A DNA stretch of 64,000 nucleotides. It comes from the human T2T-CHM13v2.0 reference genome, Homo sapiens. Below are positions 1 to 12,560 of this stretch, in pieces. Numbering within the stretch: position 1 is the first letter of the stretch; the number at the start of each line of letters is the position of its first letter. The translations under genes were made by a program, and so were the position numbers. The stretch lies in assembly GCF_009914755.1 (NCBI RefSeq), contig NC_060936.1, one strand, 5' to 3'. The notes beneath the pieces were generated by a model. The model ran no database searches. It worked only from the letters and a program-made list of their open reading frames with translations, and was not told where the DNA came from.

Positions 1-540
1 GAAATAGTCTTAGTTTGTGCCTGTTGTCCCGGCATAATTATGGCATTTTATCTCAGGTATCCCAGTTTAAATAATGAATTATACTCTAAATAGGAAAACA
101 TCTGGAAGAATAGACATCAAAATGTTAACATTATTTATCTCTAGGAAATGAAACTGATAAGACTTTTATGTTTGATTAATACACTTGCATAAGGCAACAA
201 GTGAATTATTTTAATAAAAAAAATACACATTGGATTCTCTCTCAATAACTCAAAACATTATCACATAGATTCCACTTCAGAGACAGTGACTGTAGCCGAA
301 AGGAAAGTCCATGGAGATTTCAGCAATGGAGAGAAATGAAAGAATCACTTCCCTTTTTGGGTGCGCAGAAGTCTCCACACGATTCATTGCTCCACTCCTG
401 TTTCTCAGTTGTACAGGCCATAGTCTCCCTTACTATGGTATGGCTGGCATCTTTTCTAGGCTTCCACCTCTTACAGATAAAAGGGGGAATTAAGCAAGTG
501 GGCTGTGAGAGCTAGATAGTTAAGAGAGCAAAGAATCCTA

Positions 541-700
541 AAGCTAAGCCACTGGGATGAATCAGAGATGTTAGGCAGAAAAAGGAAAAAAAGAGACATC
601 CTCCTTCCCCCTCTTTTCCCTGCCTCCTTCTCAAGCTAAGCCACTGGGATGAATCAGAGATGTCAGGCAGAGAGAGGAAAAAAAGAGACATCCTCCTTCC
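541..700 (+). repeat. 68-bp near-tandem direct duplication
   Basis: 541-608 vs 633-700, 65/68 identical, 24-bp pyrimidine spacer. Confidence 0.9.
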
Positions 701-2613
701 TCACTGCTTTATTTGTACGGCTCTTGAGGAATGGGTGATACAAACAGCCTTTGATTTTAACAATATCAAAATAGAATAAAGTGTTAATTCACCTATACAA
801 AATGAAATTTTATCATTTGCGATTCATTCCTTTGCAGTAAGACACTGCAATATAAGGGACTATCAGGCTTTGACTTGAAGCCCTGAATGCAAATGTGGAT
901 CTTACCACAAAGGTTCAGCACAGTAAGGAAGTTTGCGAGTCCCAGAGCCAGACAGACCATTTTCTAACTATGTAACCCTAACCAAGGTCCTTAAGCTCTT
1001 TGTGGCTCAGTTTCTCCATCAAGAAAATGATGATCTTAACATCCACAAACATCCTTAAAAGAGGAGCTGATGCATAGTAAGCATTCATTAAATGCTAGCT
1101 CTGGGCATTACTGACTGCCTAACTGCCCTTAGGTAAATAATTGTTCACAGCCTGTTTCTTTGTAAAATAAGTATAATAATATCTTCTTCATTTTGCATTT
1201 GCGAATGTTAAATGATAAGACTGTGTAGAGTGCTGAAAATAGTGCCTGGCATATGGCAGACACAAAATAAATAGCAACTCTATTACTGAAAATACTATCA
1301 TTATTGTCTCAAAAATGGAGCTGATCTAGGGTTAAATTGACTGATAAAATCTGCATTAAAGCATCTAGCACTGTGCTTGCATACAGTTGGTACTCAATAA
1401 ATGTTCATTAAATCTGAACTTAATTTTCCATATTGCATCTCTGTTTTAAAAGTCCAAAGAGAATTTTTTGGACTACTTATAAGTTATAAACCTTGACACC
1501 TGATACACGAGGAGCAATCTTCTGGCTTCTTAATTGGTTCTTTCCTTTTGTAACAGAATGCTCAGTGGGATTTTATGCCAGAATTATAGTTTCAGTCCAA
1601 GGCTGGAGATGCAGCTTCTGAGTATGCTGCATGAGTTGGGAGAGCCCCTGGACATATGGCCCTCAGCAGGGCTGGGGGAAGAGTCTGACTGGCAATCCAG
1701 CGCCCCCACTATAATTGCCCTTCACCTTGGCGAACATGAAGGGAAAATTGGGAGCAAGAAAAACCTATTGAGAATGGGGATTCTTCCCTCCCCTGAAGAA
1801 GAGGGAGGCCCCAAGAGAATCAAAGTTGGGGGTACCTAGCCAGAGGGGCATCATTCATCATTCCCCATTTGGAGTCTGCTTAGCTAGGAGGTGTGTTGAT
1901 CTGACCACGAGCTTCCTAAGCAAGAAGAAAAGGAAATTTTTAAAAAGGCAGTGAAGAGTGATTCTAAATGGTGAAGAAACAGTTCAAGACATTCACGGTA
2001 AGCCCCATAAAAAGGAGGTGAGGGGCTTGGGCATCTCATTTGTAATGGGAAACCTTGATTTCTTGCTTAAGATGAAACAGAATGGACTCAGTTGAGCATT
2101 TCCATATGACATAGACCTGCAGAGATCCTTTAAGAAACAGTACACAACAGATTGGATCTTTACAAATTATATGAATATATTAAATTATCACATGTACCCC
2201 AAAGCTATGTACATCTATAATGCATCTATTTAAAGAAAGAAAAGGAACTTAGCTGGTGTACAATAACTAAGCTTCATGAAGGTTCAAAGACTTATCCGGG
2301 GAATAAGTATAACAAAGTGTGAGGATTTTTCCCTCTTATCTGGGAATTACAGTCAAGGCCCCACCCTGAGGCCAAAATAGGCTAAGTACCCCATCTTTTA
2401 TGTTTACCACTCCACAGGTTTTCTAAGAGGACCAGTTCTGGCACCACCCAGCTGATTTATACTAGGGAAGGAGCTGCCTTGGGAGTGGCATGCTTTTGTG
2501 GTGAGGCCACAGCCTTTCCACCCCCACGGAGAGGGGAGACAAGGGCTTTCCCTCCCTGCCAACACAGAAGAGGGGTAGAGGAATCTCCAAACAAATCACC
2601 TGTAAAGAAGTGA

Positions 2614-2880
2614 AGCCGGGAGCGGTGGCTTACGCCTGTAATCCCAGCACTTTGTGAGGCCGAGGCGGGAGGATCGCTTCAGCCCAGGAGTTCGAGACCA
2701 GCCCGGGCAACATAGGGAGATCCCTTCTCTACAAAGATAAAAATTAAAAATTTGCTGGGCCTACAGTCCCAGGTACTTGGGAGGCTGAGTCAGGAGGTTT
2801 CCTTGAGCCCAGCAGGGCTGCAGTGAGCTATGATTGCACCACTGCACTCCAGCCTGGGTGCAGAGAAAGACCTAAAAAAA
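2614..2880 (+). mobile_element. Alu (AluJ-like, internal deletion in right arm)
   Basis: gccgggagcggtggcttacgcctgtaatcccagcactttg...gcactccagcctggg; old J-type features (aggatcgcttcagcccaggagttcgag). Confidence 0.9.
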
Positions 2881-2996
2881 AGAAAAGAAAAGAAAGAGAG
2901 AGAGAAGAAAAAAAGAAAGAAAGAAAGAAAGAGAAAGAAAGAAAGGAGAAGGAAAGAGAGAAGAAAGGAAAGAAAGGAAGAAAGAAAGAAAGAAAG

Positions 2997-3055
<59 letters not shown>

Positions 3056-3090
3056 GAAAGAGAAAGAAAAGAAAAGAAAAGAAAAGGAAG
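2875..3090 (+). repeat. (GAAA)n/purine-rich microsatellite grown from the Alu tail
   Basis: ~215 bp of pure A/G including (AAAG)n. Confidence 0.95.
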
Positions 3091-5423
3091 AGTCTGCAGA
3101 ATCAACCAGACACCAGACACACCAGGCACCAGACACACCAGGCACTAGACACACCAGGCACTGCACTCCTGGATGTTTTCTCTGGCTGTCCCTGAGCCAT
3201 GGAGAAAGCGGAAAGGGAGACGGAAAGATAGATGGTGAGGCTGAGAGGGGTGGGAGAGAAAGAGCCCTTTGGCGTGGCAAGGATAGGGGATCTCCCTGTG
3301 GATGGAGTGTTTATCAGGACCCCACCTAAGAGGGCTGCCCGCCAGGTGAAAGAACCAGAACACTTTGCCATTAGAAGGCTGGGCAGCCAAGCAGGGTTCA
3401 CGCGGAAGCAGCCACCCCCAACAGAGAAAGGGACTATGAATATTCCCCTCCTCCCTGCCCAAACTGAAGCAGCAGCTCCTAGAGGAGGGTGGAGTGGGCT
3501 CCACCTCAGCGATTGCTCTTCTTGCCTTCTGCCGCAAGCGCCTAGAGGTTCTAGAGCCTGAGCAGGCGGAGCTGGTAGACGCCAGAATTTTCATTGTGCT
3601 TTAAAATAAACAAAACTGAGCTAAATACCAGAGTGAGACTGTCCCAAGAATCAAAGTGAATAAAAAATTAATAAAACCTGGCCAAGTTGTTCAGAGACCC
3701 ATTAGAGCCAGCTAACTGGGGTGCGGGGTGGAGGTCAGGAGGTAGATTTCACATGCCATAGTTGGAGCAGTTATTAGGAAACAATAAAGTGACTGTGTTT
3801 TTACCCCAAATTGAGACTCAGCTCACTGCCTACTGACTCAGCTCACCAGAGTCTTGCTGCCGGCCCCTCCACTTCCTCTTCTTTGCTATTGCAGGGTGGC
3901 AGGTTGAGTTGAGAACAGTTGCTTACAAAGTGAGCAATCCCCTTCCAAGCCAGCCTGCCTCTGTCTCTTTGATTCTACCAGTAATTGAGCTTTGTGTTTC
4001 CCCATGGGCTCATGTATCTTTCAGCAAGGTTTTAAAGTGCTTTTCCTCTCCAGCATTTCACATGTTGCATAGGTTAGCAAGAGTCCAAAGATATCATACC
4101 ACTGAACTAGACGGAGACCTCTGCCATCGCAATCACGATTCAGGCACCACACTGAATGGACCAGAGTGGAGATTTGGGCCCTTTATGGACTGAATCAAAT
4201 ACAGGCAGACACAGCTAAGTTCTGAAAGCTACGGCAAACCTGTGTTTGTTTTTCCTCCCATATAAAGAAGTGGAGAGACTGGAGAATGTTGCTGCTCCTT
4301 TCCCATTGTGTGCTGCGTGCTTGTTTGCTGTACGGGGGAAGGCCTGCGTCCTCTTGGCCTATCGCTCTGTTCTCAGTAATTAGCATTGTGCCTGGCACAT
4401 AGAAGGCATCGAATATATATTTGTTGAATAAAGGAATGAAGGAGTGAATACATGAATTAGCAGTGAATATTTAGAGCCTAGAGTCTTAATAATAGACAAT
4501 AAATGAAACTGTCCCTAAAAGGTATTCAGACAGCTGTCTACCAGCCTTTCAGATAATCTGATGTTTTTATTCATCCAATACTCATTAGACATTTAGTAAG
4601 GCTGTGACCAGGGACTTGAGACAGACATATATCAACAAGACTTCATTTCTAGCCCCAAAGCACCAAAGCAACAGTATGTGGAGCCATTTCACACAAGTGC
4701 AAGGGAGTAGAAGGACACAATACAGATGATATCGAGCAATGTCACAGTCACCAACACTTCACCACCAAAACACTGACCCAACAAAATATCATCATGGAAT
4801 TTTTGTGCCTTTTTATGACGCCTCCACCCTTCACCAGGTGGGTATGATCTGCTGCAGATTCATGCTGAAGACGTTTAATTTTAGTAAATAGGAAAATGAC
4901 TCTTAAAATTAGAGTTGTGAAACATAGTATTTCTATTTTATCCAGGACACTTTTCTTTTTCCTTGAAATCTCTACCTTATCATGAAGTAAAAGTTCATTT
5001 TCCTTTTTAAATCACAGTTTTATTTAATTGCTTAAGTCCTAGAAGAAAGAAAGCTATTGCTTTTTAAATGGAGATAAAACACCATGCTAATTATCAGCTG
5101 TACTGTAATGGAGCTGATAACCATGAAAAATAAAAGCACATGTACCACTGCACTACATAAATTCCTCATAGCTGGGTCTCTGCAATCCCAAATGAAGGGT
5201 TTACCTGCCACTGTACATATCCAGTTGTATGGGGATCTTTTTTCATTGCCTGACCTATTGTAAATCCACCTAAGGGAAATTTTATAATTTAATCTAACAA
5301 TCATAGTATATCTATTTATGCAATCACTTTGCACACTGAAAGAGGCAACACCCCAAATCTGCACTTAGCCAAAGCCAAAGATTTTCTATGAACAATCAAA
5401 GATGCCAGATATAAGAATTGGTG

Positions 5424-6068
5424 TTTACTGATGGAGGGAGTGTAAACTAGTTCAACCATTGTGGAAGACAGTGTGACAATTCCTCAAAGACCTAGAGGCA
5501 GAAATACCATTTGACCCAGTAATCCCATTACTGGGTATACACCCAAAGAAATATAAATCATTCTATTATAAAGATATAGGCACACATATGTTCACTGCAG
5601 CACTATTCACAATAGCAAAGTCATGGAATCAACCTAAATGCCCATCAATGACAGACTGGATAAAGAAAATGTGGTACGTATACACCATGGAATACTATGC
5701 AGCCATAAAAAGGAATGAGATGGTGTCCTTTGCAGGGACATGGATGGAGTCGGAAACCATTATTCTCAGCAAAGTAACCCAGGAACAGAAAACCAAACAC
5801 TGTATGTTCTCACTTATAAGTGAGAGCTGATCGATGAGAACACATGGACACATTGTGGGGAACAACAACACACCTGTCAGGGTTGGGGTGAGGGAAGAAA
5901 GAGCATCAGGAAGGATAGCTAACGAATGCTGGGCTTAATACCTGGGTAATGGGATGATCTGTGGAGTAAACCACTACGGCACATGTTTACCTGTGAAACA
6001 AACCTGCATATACTGCACATGTACCCCTGAACTTAAAATACAAGTTGAAAAAAAAAGAAAGAAAAAAC
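5424..6068 (+). mobile_element. 5'-truncated L1 3' end (L1PA10-12-like)
   Basis: ORF2 C-terminus ([20 protein letters not shown]...), 3'UTR with gagcatcaggaaggatagctaa...gggatgatctgtg, A-tail at ~6048-6068. Confidence 0.9.
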
Positions 6069-7623
6069 CAATATAGAATTAAGACAACTTAAAGTCATCA
6101 AATGACAGTGTTATTCATGATCATAAAAATAGTAGATAAACTAAATTTCCAACAAAGATCATTGGTTAAATACATTTAATGATATTCATATGACAGAAAA
6201 TTATGCAAGCGTTAAAATGTATGTCTGGGCTAAAGTTTAGTGGCATGGAAGAAATGCTTGTAGTAGCATTCGTTTTAAGTTAATAAACTCAAGGAACAAA
6301 AATTTTAAAAAGATTTTAAAAAAAGAACTGGCGCTTCAAACTAAAAAGTGTGAAAAGATTAATTCTAGAAATTTATAAGCAGGTAAGTGTTTAAGATGTA
6401 TACAAAAGGATGGTCACCACATCTTTATTCATAAAAGTGAGAAATTACAACATAAATATCCAATAACAGTATATTAATTAAATACATTTGTATCTATCCT
6501 AACAATGGAAAATCTTACAGTCATTAGAAGAGATGATGTAGACTGCATATACTATTACTAGAAAAATATTTGCAATGTACTGTTGAATTCATTATATTTT
6601 TGTTTCATTTATACACACATTGGCATTGAATGATCCAGAAGAATATAAACCAAAATATTAGCGATGTTTGTTAAATGTCAATTACTTTTACAAATGAAAA
6701 TAGTGTTGCTTTTATCCTTTAAATATCAACCTCGAGACAGTACAGATCTTTAAAGAGGCTTTTTAATTTCCTATGCTCAGCTATACAACAACTACATATG
6801 AAGAAATCATTAAAGAAAAAGTCTAACATAAATTTGTCAGCAGCATAATCTTTTTTTAAAGTATTTTTATGGTAATACTTGGACAATAAATAATTATTTT
6901 TCCAAAATAAAAAATTATAAAGCTATTTTTTCACAAGTTTATAAATTAAAAGTTATTTAATTATATGAGAAAATTCTAAAGGTATAATTTTGAGTGAATA
7001 AAAGAGGATATAAAATTAAATATACAAAATACATACAATTTAGTAATACACACAAACAAACATACACAAAAGAGACTGTTTACAATAAGTACTTCCGAGT
7101 GAGGGAATTTCAGCAGGCTTTTTCTTCTTTTTTACTACATTTAAAAGTTTTCTATAGTAAATATGTATTCTTTCCAAAATCAGACAAATAATAAACACTA
7201 TAAATTGTTTAAATGAACATGGGGGACATAAAATCATGTACTATATATGTTTATTTTATCAATAATGGAAACAAACTAAAGATTTTGCATCCCAGGCAAG
7301 ATGTAGTGGGACGAAAGGCCCTTTTCTCATTGTGGTCACCTGGAAATCTCTGATAGTGTCTTCTGTGTTTAAGATCTGAAAAATGGAGAATGTGTGGCTC
7401 TGAATTCATTTCCACTTCCTCCTGGCACCTAATTAGAGCGACACAGCTCTTACGGTCTTGGCTGCTTCCCTCTCATGCAATGCCACAGCTAGAAGACAGT
7501 TCAACAGAAAGGGATAAAAATCGATTCCTTCAAAACTCATTATCATTATCCAAAACAGTCAAACTGTAAGCCTTGGAACCCCATGTTACTTGGTTTCTTA
7601 CTGATTTAAGGAATGAAACTAGG

Positions 7624-8159
7624 AATCTCCTCTTATCTGTGGAGGATACATTCCAAGACCCCCAGTGGATGTCTGAAACTTCAGATGGTACCAAGCCCTA
7701 TATACCGTTTTTTCCTATTTTTTCCTATACATACATGCCTATGATAAAATTTGATTTATAAATTAGGCACAGTAAGAGATGAACAATAATAACTAATAAT
7801 AAAATAGAACAATTATAACAATATACCTGCATCATCAGTCTTGCATTTTGGGGCCACTGGTAAAATAAAATCGGTGTTCCTTGAACACAAGCACGGTGAT
7901 CCCACCACCAAGATGGATATTAAGTGACTCATGGGCAGCAAGTGTCAACAGTGTGGAGACGCTGAACAAAGGGAAGATTCGCATCCCAGGCAAGACATAG
8001 TGGGACAAAGTGAAATCTCATCACGCTACTCAAAACAGAGCACAATTTAAAACTTATGAATTGTTTATTTCTGGAATTTCCATTTAATATTTTGGACCAA
8101 ATTAACCATAGACAACTGAAGCCATGGAAAACAAAACCACAGATATGGGAGAACTGCTG
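7624..8159 (+). mobile_element. MER44/Tigger7-family DNA transposon
   Basis: Ends ctcctcttatctgtggaggatac... and ...accacagatatgggagaactgctg match Tigger7-type TIRs; typical internal sequence. Confidence 0.8.
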
Positions 8160-8739
8160 TTAATTAGATTATAAAATTTGTTAATTAGATTAACAAATCA
8201 GGGACCACGTTCTTGTATTCATCACTGTATTGCCAGCACCTAACTGGTACATGGTAGACATTCAGCAAATGTGGTTGAATGAATGATTGAAATCAGTTGA
8301 TTTATTGCTGGGCTCTGCTGTCTTCCATAAAATTTTGCCGGCCATAGTACAGCACCCTCAGCACTAACTCTGTGAAAAAAGAGCGTGTGTCACAAGGTCA
8401 CATTTCATTGTCAGATATTCTTTTACTGAAAGTACAATTAATAGGCACAGAATTTGTCCAAAGACATGGATTTTCTCCTCATTATGGACTAATAATTAGC
8501 ACTTATCCAGCAACTAATCCTCTCAAGGTAACTATTGCCACCTGCGGCTAAGGCTCAGCAAGACCAAGTAAATTTTTCAATGTCACAAAGTTGATAAATG
8601 ACAGAACCAGGATTAGATCCTTATCTCTGGGACTCCAAAGTCCAGACATTTTCCAGGTGGGAACAAACTTCCTATCATCCCACCCAGCCAAGTGAGGATG
8701 GTTATGGAGTCTACATTCTTTATCTGATTTAATTATCAT

Positions 8740-8850
8740 CACAAACCTATGAAGTAGATTAGCACATTATACTCATTTTTCAGATGATGCAACAAAGGTA
8801 CAGAGAGGTTAAGTAACTTGCCCAAGGTCACACAGCTCCTGATAGAGCCA
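8740..8850 (-). mobile_element. MIR fragment
   Basis: cattttcagatgatgcaacaaaggtacagagaggttaagtaacttgcccaaggtcacacagct resembles the MIR core. Confidence 0.75.
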
Positions 8851-9997
8851 GGTCAGAATGAGAAGCTAAAATAGATTATTTTACCAGAAATCTATCAAAT
8901 CCATCATGAAGAGTGCATTAATGATACATAGTATCATTATTTCCAAGATGACTCACAACTTTGTCAAAAGACTAACTGACCACATTCTATACTAACTTAC
9001 ATAATTATTCAATTGATCCAACTAGTTTCCTAAAACACTTTGCTCTCAAAGAAGACTGATAGACTCCCAAGTTACAAAAAACCCACTATAATTTTTCACT
9101 CGAGTATTGATTATACAGTACAGACCAAAAACTCTCCAACCACCTCCATTTGCAAGGCAGAGAACAAAAGTACAACTGTATCTAATATTGAGAAGTTATC
9201 ATCAAACCAACAAACCGATAAAACATGTTCTATTCTCCTCCCTGGACAAACAAATCTGCATAACAATCTGGAATGCCAAATTCAAATTTAGACTCCTGAA
9301 ACTCCAGGAAGTTTGGTCCTGCAATCTGGGGACACAGGGCAAGCCTATACCACTTGCATATGTGGGCCCCACAGAACCAAATCAAAGATCCTTCCACAAT
9401 GTCTCCCTCAAAGAGCTGTCCCTTAGCCGTTCCTTGCCCCCTCTGATGTGTGGACTAGGATTGTACATACCAGGGGGGCAAGCCACTCTCAGGAAGAAGA
9501 TTGGGGAAAATGCCCCACGCAGGCAGGCAGGCTGCAGAAGTAGAGTTGGGTCATTTGGGCAGGAAATTCCAGAGTCTAGAAAGATCCCATTAACACCCTG
9601 CCTCACTGAGAAAGGGTGAAACCAGAGAAAAAGAAGGATGTGGCCCCTTAAAGTATAGGGCACAGAGCATGGACCCCTCTCACCAGGGATTAAGGGGAAC
9701 ATTAGTGAAAATCTTAAACAGCTGTTATATTACTTTCAACAGAGACGGTTGCTTATATAAATATCCTAAAACGCCTCCCCTCTCCTGACCCTCCCTAACC
9801 AAGACCTGTCTATCAAGTACAGTTCATTCAGGCCTCTTCCAGGAGGCCTTCTCCAACAACTTGAGCCCACAGAGACACCTCCTTTCTCTAAACAGTCAAA
9901 GCATTTATATTGTAGTTTCCAAATTTAGTTCTTAATTACGCATACTTTCAAGGTTTCTTAAATCCTGTCGATAGGGCAGGTTTTGTTTCTGCAAATC

Positions 9998-10188
9998 AAT
10001 GGTTCTCAGTCAGGGGCAATTTTCCCCCCAGGAGGTATTTTGCCAAGTCTGGAGACATATTTGGTTGTCTCATTTAGTGGACAGAGGCCAGGGATGCTGC
10101 TGAACATTCTACAATGTACCGGACAGCACTCCACAGCAAAGCAGTATGCAGCCTAAAATGTCAGGAGGGTTGAAATTAAGAACCTCTG
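9998..10188 (+). mobile_element. MER20 (hAT-Charlie)
   Basis: caatggttctc...ggagacatatttggttgtc...gaggccagggatgctgctgaacattctacaatg... Confidence 0.75.
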
Positions 10189-12329
10189 CTCTAGAGTAAG
10201 AGCTCTTTGAGAATACAAAGGATGCTTACTCCTCTGATCTGCTACACTGCCAGAGTGCTGGACACACAGTAGGTCTCATTAAATATTTGTTGACCAATTG
10301 GGTGGCTATCTGGTTCCACACCTTCCTAAACATTCATTCACATGATATCTAAGCAAAATTTAGTGTGCCAGGGACCATGCTGGGCTCTGGGAATGCAACT
10401 AAGAATGAGGCACAGTTCCTGTCTGTGAGAAACTTAAAATTTAGCAGGGAAGGCAGGCAAGTGCACTCATATTTTTAATACATCATCACTAATGCACCTG
10501 TCGCTACCAGTTATTTGTATATTTCTCTGTTTATTTTCTGTCTCTCATCATTATCCTATAAATTCCAAGAAAACAAAAATTTTATTCAGTTCACAGCTAC
10601 AGACCCAGCATCTCCTATCCTACAGTAATAGTGGTAGACACAGAGTAGTAGGTATTTTGAATAACTGAAAGGATTACAATCATACATGCATGGTATAAAG
10701 AAAACAGAGAGGAGGAGTTCTAAGCACAGCCTGGGAAGGGAAGAAGGAGTAAGGGAAGCCACCTTGAGGCGAACTAACAAGGACTGAGCATTAATTATAT
10801 ACTGGAAATAGTTCTAAACATTTTAAACACATTATCTAATCTAATTCTTACAACAGTCCTATAAGAAGCCCCATTTTATGGATAGAGAAATGAGCAATGA
10901 AGGCTGATTTGCTCAAGAACACAGCAAGTGATGGAATCAGAATTTGAACACAGCTGACTTCAGAACCTTTGCTCTTACCCACTATAATGCACTGTCAAGA
11001 GATGAGAAGGAACTGGCCAGGTAAAAGGCAGGAAGATGTGGCCTTCAAGTCAAGTCATTCCAGGTGGAGTGGGTGGCTCGAGCAAAACCAATATAGCCTG
11101 GCCTATTTTTAATTATTCCAATATTAGCAAAGAATAAAAACAAAAACTGATGAAAGATGACATTGGAGAAGTAATCAGAGCCAAATCATGAGAGAGATGT
11201 ATACAGCATTGCTTCATTTATCCCAAATGAGCAGGGAACAAGCATGAGGTTTAGAATTAAATAGCTCCAGGTTGGAAATCAAACTCCATCATTTTGTTCA
11301 TGGATCTGTCTAAACCTCCATATCCTCATCTATAAAACAAGGAACATACACAAACCTACTTTATAAGGTTGCTTTGGGGAAAAAAAAACATATATAAGTG
11401 CTAAGAACTAGGCCTGGTATATTTTACGTATCCAGTAAGGGTTAGTGATTGATTTTTGCTATTGTGATTATTGCTGATGAGATTTTTTTCCACATTTGTA
11501 AATTTGCAACATAACTGTAGCATATTTTCTTGAGCATCAAAACTTATTAAACCCTCTTTTTCCCAAACTACCTTTTCAAAGTGAATTCCATAAACCCCCA
11601 ACTTACAAACACTAAACTTATATTTTACCTGTACAGATGGCTGCACCTATGCTCCTCCCCTCCACTCCCAATGCCCTTTTCCTGCCACCAGGACAATTAT
11701 GGAAATTGAGCTTTTAACATCCCTGGATTCAAAAATAGGGAAATAAAGAGGCCACATAAAGGTGGAACTGCTGAAAACAGTCGTTTGTTCAAAATTTTGA
11801 AAAAGAAAGGACTTGACTGCTTAGAGTAACGGTTACCACCCAATGAGTCGACAGAATTTTCAAAACAACCACTTCACTGTATTAACCTCTATTCTACTTC
11901 CCAAACCCACTGGTAACAGTGATGTGCCACCTCTGCTGATAGCTAACATGCAGCCAGTACCATTAGATCCTTGATGTTTGTCCATTTCTAATGAGCCATA
12001 CCTTAAATACATTCAAAGACTCCTGGCTTCGTCCTACCACCCAGCCCACTTTTCTATGGTGGTCTCCATGGGTGACTTAATAACTTTCCATACAGTAAAC
12101 ACATCAGGCACTTCCAAATCTCTCCGCCTTGATCTTTGCTGTTCTCTCTGCCTGGCATATACTTCTATCCTCACCTCTTACCACTATGCCACCCTACCAT
12201 CCTTGGAGGCTTACTCCAAACACCACCTCCTCTCTGAAACCCGATTTCCCTCCCTTCAGTAGAATTAAATGTCATGTTCTGGGAACATCCCCAGCACTTC
12301 ACTGGTGTTTCTATTGTTATAACAATCAC

Positions 12330-12560
12330 GTATTAAACAGAGCTATGTGGCAAGCATCATTCCAGGCGCTGTCTATATGCTATCATGTAATTTTCACCAC
12401 AAACTTGTAAGACATTCTTACAAGCCCCAATTTACAAATGGAGGAACTGAAGCTCTGAGATTGGACTTACCAATGATTGCACAACTAGAAAGGGATACAG
12501 CCAGAATTCCAACCATGTTCTGACAGCTCCCAAATCCATAAGGTTTTCACTCTGCTATGT
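12330..12560 (-). mobile_element. MIR
   Basis: ccccaatttacaaatggaggaactgaagctctgaga...ccagaattccaacc, MIR-like. Confidence 0.6.

Noticed and set aside
3105-3165. CRISPR-like or functional short repeat (accagacacaccaggc)n
   Set aside because: Simple tandem repeat with no unique spacers, in primate DNA.
2823-3329. K/E/R-rich and F/S/L-rich ORFs
   Set aside because: Translations of the Alu tail (GAAA)n microsatellite.
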